A model generated the notes under the pieces. The model saw only the letters and a program-made list of their open reading frames with translations, was not told the origin of the DNA and did no database searches. Made by a program: the position numbers and the translations under genes. Shown here piece after piece: positions 23,791 through 36,758 of a stretch of DNA of 64,000 bases. This stretch comes from Vicugna vicugna. Lineage: Eukaryota. The stretch covers positions 443,919 through 507,918 of the forward strand of contig MU058017.1 in assembly GCA_013265495.1 (NCBI GenBank), written 5' to 3'. Numbering within the stretch: the first letter of the stretch is position 1; every line of letters begins with the position of its first letter.

Positions 23791-26700
23791 GTAACTGTAT
23801 AGAAACTTGAGCTCTTTGAAGGAAAAATCTCATGTAAAATGTAATACATACTTACATTTTATATGTTCAATCCAAAAGATCCTTTAACAGGTGCTGGAAA
23901 TACCCATTTCTATACTCAGTAGAACTCAGAATCAAGCAAATAGCCAGCCTTTGTGTCTCTGCACCACTATGCCCACACTGATAACTATAAGTAGATGGAG
24001 GGAGAAATGATAAACTGGAAGATGAATAGGTAGGTGGGTTGATGATAAACATATATAAAAAGGAATTTTCTTTGCCTGTTTGTGAAAATATTTTATCATT
24101 TGATTTTGGCAGCAGCTAGAACAAGTAGAGTTCAGCGGTGAAAATCTAGTATGATGCCTCTAAAAAAATTCAGAATGTTATTATATGCTAAATCGTATGT
24201 AGATTTAGGAATTCTTTGCCTACCTCAGACTTCTCTTACGGATAACTCATTTTTTTTAATATGCTTCTGTGTAATGCCAGATGCTCATAGAAATAATTCA
24301 AAAGTTATGTTCGCTATGCAATGTCTTCCATTTGCATTCTTTGCAAGTCTTGTTGAGACTGATATTAAAATAAGTTTGTTTTTTGTGGACACACATCAAG
24401 GACTAGAGTGCAGAAGAAGCCCAATCACATACTGGAAGACGGAGGGAAGCCAGCATGAGATTGTAAAAATGCTGGCAATTATCATACAAGCCCAACACAC
24501 ATGAACAGGAGTTGAATGTTTTCCCATGACTAATTTCACAGAGATGGAAACTGACCCAGGGAAGAAGTCTGAGCAATCAACTCAGTGGCTGGCCATCCCC
24601 TCTAGACTGTGAGTCATTCCAGGACAGGGACCTCATTCTCCACTCTTTGTTGTGTCTACAGCACCTGGCACTTGCTAAGTACTGAACGATAGTGAATGGA
24701 TGGATCAATGAATAAATGAATGAATGGGTGAAAGCATTTCTCTGCATTCTCTGTCTCTTAGAACTCTAATCCCCAAGTGGAGCACTAGGGTAGGATCTGG
24801 AGGTTGTTGTGCAAACAAAGGCAAAGGACCAAGCAGTGTTTGTTAGGGTAAATTTACAGAGAGAGAAGCAATAGCAGGTGCAAGAGGAGCCCCCATCCTT
24901 GGCACATTCCAGGCTAGGGTCATGCACAAAATCCCGCAGGCCTGGAAGTCAGGCTCCGGGACAGGAATCTGCCCTTCCGCCTGTGAGGCATTTAAACTGT
25001 GTGTCTAGGGAAGCACCAGCCCTTCCCCTGGTGTGATCAGAGGCTAAGATCAAATAGCACAATGATGTGGCAGAACTTTGGCTCTAGCCGTCTCCTGGAC
25101 ACTCATCAATCGTGGCTGAGGGGAGCACTCGCCCCTCTCCTATCTGGGAGATGGAGTCCAAGCCTTGCACCTCCAGCTAAATAACGCAGTGAGCCAGTGG
25201 CAGGATTTGCTCTAACCGTGTGAGTGTTTCAGAAGCATCAGTCCCTCCTCTGATGTGATGGGGGTGGGAGGATTGAGGTCCGAGCCCTGCAAAGGACCAA
25301 GACTGTTCATCTCAAGCATTTCAGGACTGGGCTATAGCCGGTTTCCATGGAGCTTTGCTGGAGGTCATCTCCTTTCTTGAGAGTTCAACCTGCAGGGGAT
25401 CCTTCTTGAATACATGAACTCTTGCCTCTCAATAGTGATGTAGTAAACACAGATTAATCATGCTGTCATGACCAGCCCTTCTCCCCAGGAGCCCCTAGAG
25501 ATTCTTCATGGCAAGGCTAAGCTTCATGTCCCCATCTCATGCCTCTAACTTCCCTAAGATCTCTGTTAGCTTGCACCTCCATCTGACTGTCTACCCATTC
25601 CCAGCCAGGGCAGCGCATCCAGAACCCATTAAACTGCCCCAGGCCCCATTCTCCTAAACTGCCTGAATCCCAGTGCCTTGGGCCCTGTCCTACATTATAG
25701 ACCAATCATCTGTCACAAAATCTCTGAAACACATTAGCTTTCCCAGGTTCTGGAAATTTCGGCACTTAGGAGAACTATGGAGGAGGTATTTTGGTTCCAG
25801 GTGCCACCCCAGTCACCCACATTGGCATTTCTTCCTTGTTTACAAGGACTCTGCCCTTGAATTCAGTGACAAGAGATGATTTGATTCCTGTGCCCCACTC
25901 TGGCCTTTGAAGACATGAGCTTTTATTCGGACTCAGGTTTGAAATGGGCTGATGACGTTGTAAAAACCGGGTGGGAATCAACAACCTGTAAAAGAGCAAA
26001 GGAATTAGGGATAGAATTGGGAAAGGACAAGGGAAAGGGAAGAAGCAAGCACAAGGGAAAAGGGGGTAAACAGGAAGCAGGAACAAAACAGGAAGCAGGA
26101 CCATTTTTCTGTGTGTTTTTTCAGACTTTGCCTTGGATTGCCATTGAGGCGGAGGTGACATCTTAGTCGTGCTTGAGTCCTTCTTAGTTACCAGCATGCT
26201 GGTTCAAAAAATGTTTGTTGAATGGGATAAATAAGTAAATAAAAGTGGTGTGTGGTAATGAGCTCAGTGAAACGGGTCATGAGTCTTGGTGACACTACCC
26301 CGATCCTCACTGCATATCGTCTGACCGATTTCACTATTCAAGCAAACAAAAGAAGGAACAAATAAAAATAGTTTATTTTAGTAGTAATTTCCATGACAGT
26401 AGCTGAAACCCCCTCTCTTTGGAGATTTTTCCCCCCTCAATATCCCCCCTCAATATCCTTTTCTCTTACACCAGGAAAGCCAGAAGCCTAGAAAAGCTGA
26501 GTGGCTTACCCAAGGCCACACAGAGGCAAGTGTCAAGCTCAGGACAGACCCTCCTACTTTCCAACTCTCAGGGCCACGACTGTGAGAAGAGGAAACTAAA
26601 TCCCATAGGGTATTCTGTTCCAGAGCAGACACAGATTAAGTATAGGATTCAGATGAATTAATAAAATATAAAATAAAATGTGGGGAAAGAAAAAATAAAT

Positions 26701-29214
26701 TGCACACTACACAAAGCTGAAATGTGACCGTGACATCCGATCCTTAATCTGTTTGCTATTAGGGTGGAGAACAAGATAGTGCTCTGTTTTCTGGAATTCA
26801 GAAGCATTTTATTATTTATAAATTTGAATATTTAAAGGAATACAAGGAAAGTTCACATGGGCTGGGCTGGACCTCTTTGTAATGTAAATACCTTTCCAAT
26901 GGGGAAAAAAATTACTTAAAGATGGTGTGTTTGTCTTCTGACAGTATTTCCCAGACAATTTTTTTTATTGTTAGCAAAGCTCTCTTGGAGCGTAACTAAG
27001 TGTTTCAGAGGAGTGGTAATGTTAAAGCAACGGGAAGGAAAATTTCAATAAGAACCAAGTTGCCCCAACTCCCCTTTATTTTTAAACAGAACCATCAAAG
27101 GGCAGCTAAGCTAACGGGAATATACTTAAATGGCATTAATTCATCCCTAAGAGGATGCTCCAAGAGTTTTATTGCTACATAAGGGAAAGCCATAAACCAG
27201 CAGGAGGAGAAAGCAAAGAAAATAAGTCTCAGGAATCATCTTGTGTAAGAAAGTGAGCAGGTGGTCAGTAATGTGTCCTTGGCTGGTGTCCACCATGAGG
27301 AGACAGAAATTCATGGCAAGTTAGGCCCACAAAACAATCACAGGGAAAGGAATCATGGGACGTTGCAAAGTGTTGTTGAAGAGTTCACATGAATGTGAAA
27401 TAATCAAATGATCATCGCTCCTCCCCCTGCTCACCCTCCATCCAAGTGCACATTAATACTTGACTCCACAGCCTGTGGCCTAACTCTTTCCAGCATCTGG
27501 CATAATTAGGACATAACAAAAAAAGGACTAGACAGGGTACAGCCAAGGACAGGGAGGTTTTAGACTAGAAAGAAACATTGAGGATCATTTAATCCAACAT
27601 TCTCAGTTTTACAAACAAGGAAATGGAGTCTCAGAGATTACTTTCATAGAGGGTGAGAAGTTCAGAGATTTTTCACTTGAGGTCTTGAGTCCTAAATTGA
27701 ATATTAAGACTGGGGTTTAGAACAATGCCTCTGTGACCCTGTCATTCAGCTCAAGCCAGTCTAAGACCTTTGGAGTAGCCATAGACACTCTTACAAGCGT
27801 CCTGTGATGAATGACCATTATCACCAACCTCAAGATTATTCTACCTTCAGCCAACCCTTCCCCATTTGTCCGAGGTTTGTTATTTTTTAATCAAAAAGAG
27901 CACTCTATTAATTTCTAAGGAAGAAAGGCTATTATATAGGATCTTTCATTCTTTCGAGCTGGCAGTAGACACCAGGACACAAAATCAGAAATGTAAATGA
28001 AAACAGTAGGCAGAGAGAAGAGTCCCCTTGATTCAGTATTCAGAAACCATAATGCTCTCTCAGTCTTCCCACCAACCCCCCCCCCATCTTATTTTACTAT
28101 TTAGAAAAGGCGGGAGGGGACAGGATGAAAATATGGCATCATTCATATATTTGTTCAACAAGCATTTATAAAGCCTACTTTGTACATAGTTATAAACTAG
28201 ATACAGGGAATTCCCAAAGATAAAGGTCTGACCCCAGGCCTGAGGACACTTGAGAGAGCTTCTCTTGACCCTAATAACCAGCTCCCAGAATTCATGACCA
28301 TTGTTCAAAATAAAATACCCTTTAAACTTGTTTCATCTGGGGTAAAATTAATATTTTCTGTTTAAGTGCTGTGGCTAAAAAATGTTTGGGATTTCTTTGG
28401 TATTTTGGACTTGAGGTTACAATTTGCACTAACTACAACAGAAGCATATATTGAATGGAGTCTGTGTTTCTTCAGATACAAAACTCAACATAGTTTTGCA
28501 AGGGTCTGTGGTCGGGGGAGGAGGACGTGAATCTTTCAGACACAAGGCTTGTAATACGGTAAACATTAAAGAGATGTTAACTATAGCAATACTATTATTA
28601 TTCCTCAAGTCCCTGAAAATGGCATGAAAAGATCAGCATCTAAAAGCTTCTAAAAAAAGTGACTGTATGCTGATTATTTTTCTGAACTAAAAGCTTATAG
28701 TTATTATTACCCATGACTTTTACTTCCTTCCACAGTGAGATACAGCCCAAGTCCCTCAGCAGCTCCCAGGAGGCCAACCTGCTGATGTCACTGCCTAGAA
28801 GCCTCCTTAGTTCTCTGAATTTCAAAGCCAAAGCCCTTGTGGCCAGTGCAAAACCAGGCTGCAGAGCGGCCAGGTCACTGAGGGAAGGGGAGCAGTAAGG
28901 GACACAGCTTTTGAACTCATGCTCGCATGTGACAAGCAGGTGGGCACAGGCTGCACTGAGAGATGGGCACCCAAACGCCACACTTGTTATCTGCTTGTCA
29001 GGAACTATCCGTAACTCACCTGTGTTCGGTATCTCAGACAAGGGTACGATTGGTCAGCATCATTTCACGACATTTCACAAAAATCGTTAACTTTCAAATT
29101 CTTCAAAAACGAGACTGCAATAAAGTTAAGTGTGGTGGAATATGTGCTCACAATCCCCTCTGCTGCTCTTGCTCCTCCTCCCCCTCCCCCTCCCCCCTAC
29201 TCCTTCTGGAAACA

Positions 29215-29450
29215 ATAGCTAACACCTACCTACGCAGTGCTTACTATGTCTAAGCACTGTTCTAAGCATCCTACTTGAATTAATTCCCTTTGTATCCTCA
29301 AAAATGTCATGAGACAGATAATGTTATCATCCCCAATTTTTCCTGAGGAAATGGAAACACAGAGAGGTTAAGTTACTTGCCTAAGATCACAGAGCTACTA
29401 AGTGAGAGGATTTAATTCAGGTGGGTTAGTTCATTATCTTAACCATTATC
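29215..29450 (-). mobile_element. MIR SINE
   Basis: gcttactatgtctaagcactgttctaagca...gaggaaatggaaacacagagaggttaagttacttgcctaagatcacagagctactaagtg. Confidence 0.8.
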
Positions 29451-32362
29451 CCCAACAGCTGCTTTTTAACTGTTTTAGCTGCCAATGTCTGTTTCTAAAT
29501 AATACCTTTCACTTCTGTCCTTACTCTGCTAAACAATTCCCACTTATTCTTCGAACTTTTGTTCTGACATTTTATGTCTGACCAACCCTACCACCAACAC
29601 ACCTCTTCCAGATTAAAATCTTTTTTGTCTTTATTGAAGCATTTATACCAGATTAAGATTTAACTTTCAACAGTTGACTAGGAACTTCTTGAGAACAGGT
29701 CCTTGTTTTTCATTTATTTTTATACATCTTCAGCCACTAACCTAGTAGTGCCTAAAAGTTCAAAATAAAATTGTTGAATTTAATAATTAAACTCATCAAC
29801 TGACACAGTGAAGAGAAACAAAGCCAGGAGTTAGAAATTCAGTCAAATAAAGGCATGGGAACCACCTCTCTACAATGTTTTAGAAGAAGAGAGATGTTAG
29901 AAACCACCTGGTACAAAGGTACCCAGCAGCCTAAGTGTTAGATTCTGCCTGCGGAGGCATTTTTTTCCCCTACCAGACACTATTAAAAAAAAAAAAAAAG
30001 GATCAGCCCAAAATTTCAAAATGAAAAGGTTTCACAAAATGGCCTAACTTGTGGCTTTTCTTGAAAAATTGGAAAACCTGCCCAACCAGCTTCACAAGTG
30101 GGTGGTTCAACAACCAACCCCTTGGATGGGGCGGTGCTCCCAATTCACTGCAAACTCTGGCTGCCAACTCCTCTCACCCCTCCATCTCCCTGCTTCCGCC
30201 AGGTAGTTGGGCTCCCTCTCGCTCTGATTTACTCTCTACATTTTACAGTTAGGTAGAAGAGGCCCTGAAAAGTCTACGAGTGTTATCATGACAGAGGAGT
30301 GGCTACACCCCAAGTCTCTCATCTCCAATTCAGTGTCCTGCTCACACTCTAAGTCCGAAGAAATAACATTTGTGAAGCCTGGTGATCAGTGCAATTCCAT
30401 GTTTTTTTGGTGAATTCTTTGTGCCTTGAAGCAGGTTTTGCTCATTAAAAGAAAAGTCTCTTCCACACTCCCAGCTTCCTTAACTTTGGTATCTCTAAGA
30501 ACTGGCATTTATTACATAATTCTTTGTCCTTTCCTTTCTCCACTTCCGTTTTCTCTGAAAAATGATCGGTGGATTAACTGTGAAAACCTTATGATTTTCC
30601 TCCCAGACAGCACATCCATCTCTTTCTCCCTCAAAATAAGTTCCACCCCTGAAAGAAACAGAACTTCCAATACCCAGATAGCTGTGGTTTGGTTGCTTTC
30701 AGTTCTCTGCCTGTGTTCAAAGGGCAGGATGTTACCACGCAGGCTAATTATCTAGATGGAGCTGTGGTTGAAAAGTGGTGGATTTTAGAGACTGCCTTCT
30801 CTGTGGCTGACAATTTATCACAACTTGGCGTTTTAGGCTTAGCCTCAGCTTGAGAGCAAAACATTTTCTTTTTATTTCAATTCATTTTTGGGAACAGTCC
30901 TGTGGAATGATCTCTGCTACTCTTGTACCACGCAACAGGGAAAGAACAAATTCACATTTTTACTGACCAAGAAATTGTCGAGATTTTTTTAGTTCTTTTA
31001 TAATTCAGAAATTTCCAGGGGCACAGATTGCAACTTTAGTAGGCTCGCTGTTCAGACTGGAGATTAGCCATATGAGTGTGTGTGGGCAGGGTGGGGGGAG
31101 GGCAGCAATTTTGGAAGAAATGCATTACTTATTTTTATTTCCAAGGGCTGTTGATTTTATTTAATGTTTTGCCCATGTGTGATAGCAACTCTACAGCTTG
31201 ACTTTTAATATTAAGTCATTCAAGGTTATGTGGCTCAAAGTCATCTTAGTTAAATAAAACTTCAACAATTGAATCCCCCAAATCACCAGCTTAAACGTGA
31301 AGAATAGTCAACAATTGGCTGCCTCGTGCCCTCTACCTCTTGCATTTCAACCCACAAAGACATATATGTACCCATACAGTCATTGAACTAATAAATATTT
31401 TAGTATTATGAAAGATGGAAAAGGCTAGGATTTGTTCCTTGGTTCAGGGATTTTTTGTTTGTTTCACATTTTCCTATAAAAATACCAAAATGAACAGTCT
31501 ACTGCCGTAACAGCCAGCTAATAAAAGGGAAATGCTAACACGGGAAGTCGGCTTGCTTGCTTAATCTTCTGGGTATACTGATAGAGCAAGTACTAAGTGC
31601 CAATCAGAATGGGGCAGAGAAAAGAGACCTTCCTGTGCTTTTCAGTCCCTCCTTGCCACCGTCCTAGGAAAACATGGGGAGAAACATCCCTGCTGGCAGA
31701 GGGCTCCCCCTCCTCCCGGCTCAGGGCCCAGAGCTGAGCCTGCCGAACTTCATAGTCCGACTTACTCAACTTTCAGAACTTTCAGCAGAACTTTTAATGA
31801 TAAGGAATACACTAACTCATTTGAGTTTCACCTCATCTCTCAACCTTTCTTGGGTAAGAGGCTGAGCAATAGCAAAGCATCTAGAAGGCATGCAGAATTA
31901 CAGAAAAGGAGAAAAGGCAAGAGCTTCTAAGACGAAAGCCTTCATCAGGAAGAGCTGAAGTTCATACACAGGCCAGCTCCTCCTCACCATCCCTCCTCCC
32001 ACATCTAGAGGCTGTCTAGGACCCCAGGTTCTTTGAGCTCAGGGCCTGGGTGAAGGTCATTCAGGAAACAAGTTATGTGCTTTTGTGTTTTTGCTTCACT
32101 TGACTTAAACTTTCTAGTCTCTGCAACCTTAGATATTTCGAGAATGAGTACAATTTTATCATTTTACTTTATTCAACTCATTAATGTTATTTACAAAGGA
32201 CAACTTCTACCAGAACTACCAAGTTTCAACTATGCATATGACAAGGGCATTGCTGAGTTTTGTCTGGTTGAAATTCATTGGTAATCCCATTGGTCTGCAC
32301 AAGAGCTCAGGATGAAATAGAAGTGTCTGCAGTGAACATATGTTCCATGAAATTTGTATTTT

Positions 32363-32666
32363 ATTCTTTTCTTCCAGTGTCTTTGAGAGATAATTGACAT
32401 TCAGCACTGTATAAGTTCAAAGTGTACGGCATAATGATTTGACTTACATACATCATAAAGTGATTACCACAATAAGCTTAGTGAACATCCATCAATGTAG
32501 ATACAAAATAAAAGAAAAAGGAAAACTTTTTTTCCTTGTGATCAGAACTCTTAGGGCACTCTTGATGACTATCATATATAACATACAGCAGTACTAATTA
32601 TATTTCTCATGTTGTACGTTACATCCCTAGTACTGATTTATCTTATAACTGGGAAGTTTGTACTTC
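32363..32666 (-). mobile_element. L1 3' end fragment with long TSD
   Basis: tgagagataattgacattcagcactgtataagtt...tcttataactgggaagtttgtac; flanked by tatgttccatgaaatttgtatttt (32339) / tatgttcatgatatttgtatttt (32667). Confidence 0.8.
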
Positions 32667-33914
32667 TATGTTCATGATATTTGTATTTTGCTACATTATA
32701 GTTATATAGTTACATTAATTATTAATGTAGTTATATAAAAACTACATTATAGTTATTTGCTCTAAGTAAATATTTTTACAATGTCCAACTCAATGGATTA
32801 CATTAAATGAGACTTCCCTACACGTCTCTCCCTTGCAGAGTCCTGCAAACACCTTAATTTCACATCGTGTTATTTACATAAGCTGCTGTGCAGAGAAGGC
32901 AGAGGGAATTTGCCTTGCTGAGCGTCACTAGGCCCGTGGAGTGGGAGGACCTTGTTCTTGGGAAGCCCTCATCTTTGCCTGCTTTACTATAAAGCTGCCT
33001 CTAAATTTTGAATCTTCCATTTCTGTTGCAAAATGAACATTGTAGCGCCTAAAAACATGACTATGTCACACTTAATCACTACCTACTTCTCCTTCTCAAA
33101 ATGCAGACTTTATATTCATTTGTCATTCCTACCACAGGAGGCATACATACTATTTGCTGAATGACTGGGAGAAAATTGAGCTTATACATTGAAGGTTTTA
33201 TCATTGTAGCCACTTTGTAAGGATTTCTCAGCAAGCTTTCATTTTCAGTCAATCTTTGAATATGGTTTAAAAAAAAAAACTTTTAAATCACCTTTTGTCC
33301 CTAAACATTATTTCTTACTTCGGTTCTTCCTTTGGTTTCTGGTCAACTACAGCTTATTTCATCAGAGGTATACATGAGGGCATGGGGGGCTGTTCAAACC
33401 CTTCTTGTTTCATCTCCACCTGTAAGAAAGGACAGTGAGATACTGAAAAGTAACTGGAAGTGGGAGGTGACATCCAAAGGGCTTAAGCATGTACATTCAT
33501 GAAATTATTTGGTCTGAAGTGTGGATTTGTTATTGATGTCCACAGCTACCATAGTATTTTAGAGCAAGAGGGGAACTTGAAGTCATCTAGCCAATGTCCC
33601 CATTCTGTAAGTGAGAAAATACACCCACTCAGGGTAGGTGACTTGCTTAGTTTAGGTCAGAACTAGAATTTAGAGGCTCTATGCTTTGCAAACATATGAT
33701 ATCTTCATAGTATGGGAAGAAAAGCTGAACAAAACAAAAAAAGGATTCTGCTTTAGAACCTTCTCTTTTAGGGGTTCTCCCGAGTGTTTTATAAACCCTT
33801 TGGCAGCTGACATGATTCCAGTTAGAGAAACAAAAGGAGTTAACTGCAGACTTCAAGTATGTGAACTATTATTTTAAGGAAAATATTCTCCAGATGTTTC
33901 CCACCTCCTCTGAG

Positions 33915-34150
33915 AATAGAAAAGAGGAAATGGGCTTAAAGTTCAGCAAGAAAGATTCAGATTAGATATTAGGAAATGTAGGTCTGTGAAATCCTGCGAT
34001 CGGTTAGCGGAGAATATTGTGAAATCTCCTCTTCTGGAGAACTTTTGGAATGTGGTGGTTGGCCATCTGTTTCAGAGGGGTTGTGTGGGTGGCCCATTTC
34101 TAGAGTGGGGACACAACCTAATTGACATCTCAAGTTCTGTAGGTCCCATG
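33915..34150 (+). mobile_element. L3/CR1 LINE 3' fragment
   Basis: ggaaatgggcttaaagttcagcaagaaagattcagattagatattaggaa...ttgtgaaatctcctcttctggaga is characteristic of L3/CR1. Confidence 0.7.
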
Positions 34151-36373
34151 AGGTCGTGCTCTGCCTGTAGCTAGTAAGTCGGGTTGTTGGCTGCTCACTG
34201 TAACTATAGCAGAATTCAGGATTCATCAATGAGGCATAAAATTCAAACTCTGTTTTAGATTTATATCAGCCCTAATAGGTGTAACTGGGCAGACTGACTA
34301 CAATTAATGAATGCTTATTGGACGGTCTTGCCCACTGCCTTCACTGAATTGATTGATCAACATCTGAGAGTTTAATTTCTTTATACTCCATCTCAGCACA
34401 TTCATTATGACTTCATTAACACCTTGACTTCATTAACAACTCCCAAGTGTGTGTCCTTAGTCCAAAAAGCAAAAAGTAAGAGATCCAGTCCAGGATCTCA
34501 TCTGACATAACAGAGAAATTCTTTATTTCAACTAAAAAGGCAGCCTTGGGATTTGGAGGACAAGATGGAAAAAAGAGACAGTATAGTCAGATCTGTACCT
34601 TGTTACCTAATGTATTTATGACATTTCCTAAAAGTAATCAAATAAAGATTTGAAATTTCTAACTTACAATGTGACAATCTTGAATTTCAGTGAAATAATC
34701 AATTGTAAAAATACAGAATGTGGCGATATCACTTGAAAGAGTTTGGTGTTAAAAAAGGAAAAAGACCTAGTAAGTAGACATAGGAGTAATGATATAATGT
34801 ATTTGAAGTATGTTCATGGTACTGGCATAAAGTAAGTGCTCAAAAACATGGCTAATATTTTTATAGTTTTGATGTTTATTGTCTCTCCTCCCCTAGACAT
34901 CCTCTAGTTCTGGTTTTCTCGTATACACTCACTGATTTTGCCTAGTGCCAATCTGGAACAGCATTGAACCATTTTTCTACCTAACCCCCCAAAAATCCAT
35001 TTCCAAAAAAGAATTAGGTTTTCTGAAGATTTCCTCAGAAGAATCAGGGTTTCTTCATCTCTGAGGAGATGAAGGAGAGAATTTACAATACATGTCCTAT
35101 CATAAATACGAAAAGCCCATCTGAAATGACTTTTTCCTTTCCTGACTACTTCTCAGCTGGAGATGTCCTTTTCTCTGATTCTTGCCATGCAGTAATTAAC
35201 TTTGCTCACACCTAATCCCCAGAATCACCCAGAAAGCCAAATTTTTATAGCCTCTATTATTTAGAGTTGCTTCTAACATCCTTTAAAGCCCAGGTGCCAG
35301 CTCATCCCAGCACAGAAGGCTCAGTTTTTCCAGTAAAATGGGTTTTAAAGAGCATCAGTTCAACTTCCTTACCCACAACACCTGCTTTGTTTTTCTCTGT
35401 ATCATCCAACACTTCACACGTTTATGTTTTTGTTTAATTTGTGTCCCCTTCAAAGCATAATTCTCAAAATGTTAAAAACACAATTCTCATTTATGAGTGA
35501 ACATGTCAAAGTTTTATTTAACATGGTGACAAAGTCAATTGGAAATAAAATATTAAAAATCTGGGTGTTCCATTAGAATGAACAGATAAAAAAAGTATGC
35601 TGAGATAATGCTAAATTTGATGCAAAACTGGTTAATGTTCTGAAGGGCAATAAAACCATAACCTGAGTGGGGTTAATCAACATAGTTTACAGAGTTGTTA
35701 AGGGCTGTAATATTAATAAATTAGGCAACAAAGTTCACATTCCTAGTTTGCTGACCCTAAGGTAGGCTTATCTGCATGACAATAAAAGACCCTGTGACTA
35801 TTCATCTTTTGCTTTAGACAATTTTGAGATATATTTCTTAATGCCCTTTCCCCACTGCCACTAAAGTAAGCTACAAGTGCACTGCCATTAATGAATCAAA
35901 AAAGGTGAGTCTTCCCTACCTGCTGCTTAGATAATAAAAATTGCAACAAAAGTTGCACAAGAAGCTATAAGTTGCCTTACCCATTTTTCCATTATTATAA
36001 ACATTCAAGCAGGAAATATGAGGACCTTTGATCAACAACTGTTGAAGGAAGGATTCTAAGTGGGGAAGGAGGCTGGATTAGATATTTTCTAAAGCCCCTA
36101 TAAATGCTAAAAATTTTGATTGTGAGTCTTCATCAATAAATATTGAGGAAGTCAAAAGAATATCACACATGCTCCTTGTTCTCAACATGCTAACGATCAT
36201 GTTGAGGTTTAATGGACCCCCCAAAGAGGGGGGAAAAAACCATAAGGTTGATTAGAAGTGCATTTAACTTTGTGTTGAACTTTCAATAGGACTAGCAAAA
36301 AAATGATGGCTGGGAAGGTAGGGAAGATTTTACAGAGGAGGTAGGCATAGAGTTGGTCTAGAGGAATGGTAGC

Positions 36374-36758
36374 TGTTATGGGCTGAGTTGTGTCCCCCAC
36401 AGAATCTTATGTTGAAGTCCTAATTCCCAGCACTTCAGAATGTGACTGAATTTGGAGATAGGGTCTTTAAAGAGGTAATTAAGTTAAAATGAGGTCACTA
36501 GGGTTGGCCCTCATCCAGTATGACTGGTGTCCTCATGAGGAGAGGAGATTAGGACACAGACACATAGGGAAGACCTTGTGAAGATTCAGAGTGTAGACAG
36601 CCGTCTACAGGCCAAGGAGAGAACCCAAGAAGAAACTCACCCTGCCAACACTTTTATCTTGGACTTCTAGCCTCCAGAATTGTGAGGAAATACATTTCTG
36701 TTGTTTGAGCCACCCAGCCTGAGGGACTTTGTTGTTGCAACCCTAGCAGACCAATACA
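36374..36758 (+). mobile_element. MaLR solo LTR (MLT1B-like), 385 bp
   Basis: TG...CA ends, 5-bp TSD gtagc/gtagg, and MLT1 motifs (tgtgactgaatttggagatagggtctttaaagaggtaattaagttaaaatgagg; ggacttctagcctccagaattgtgag). Confidence 0.88.

Noticed and set aside
28720..28900. Possible non-coding COL8A1 5' exon after tttacttccttccacag (28735)
   Set aside because: Good acceptor but only weak donors downstream; I cannot confirm it without transcript data.
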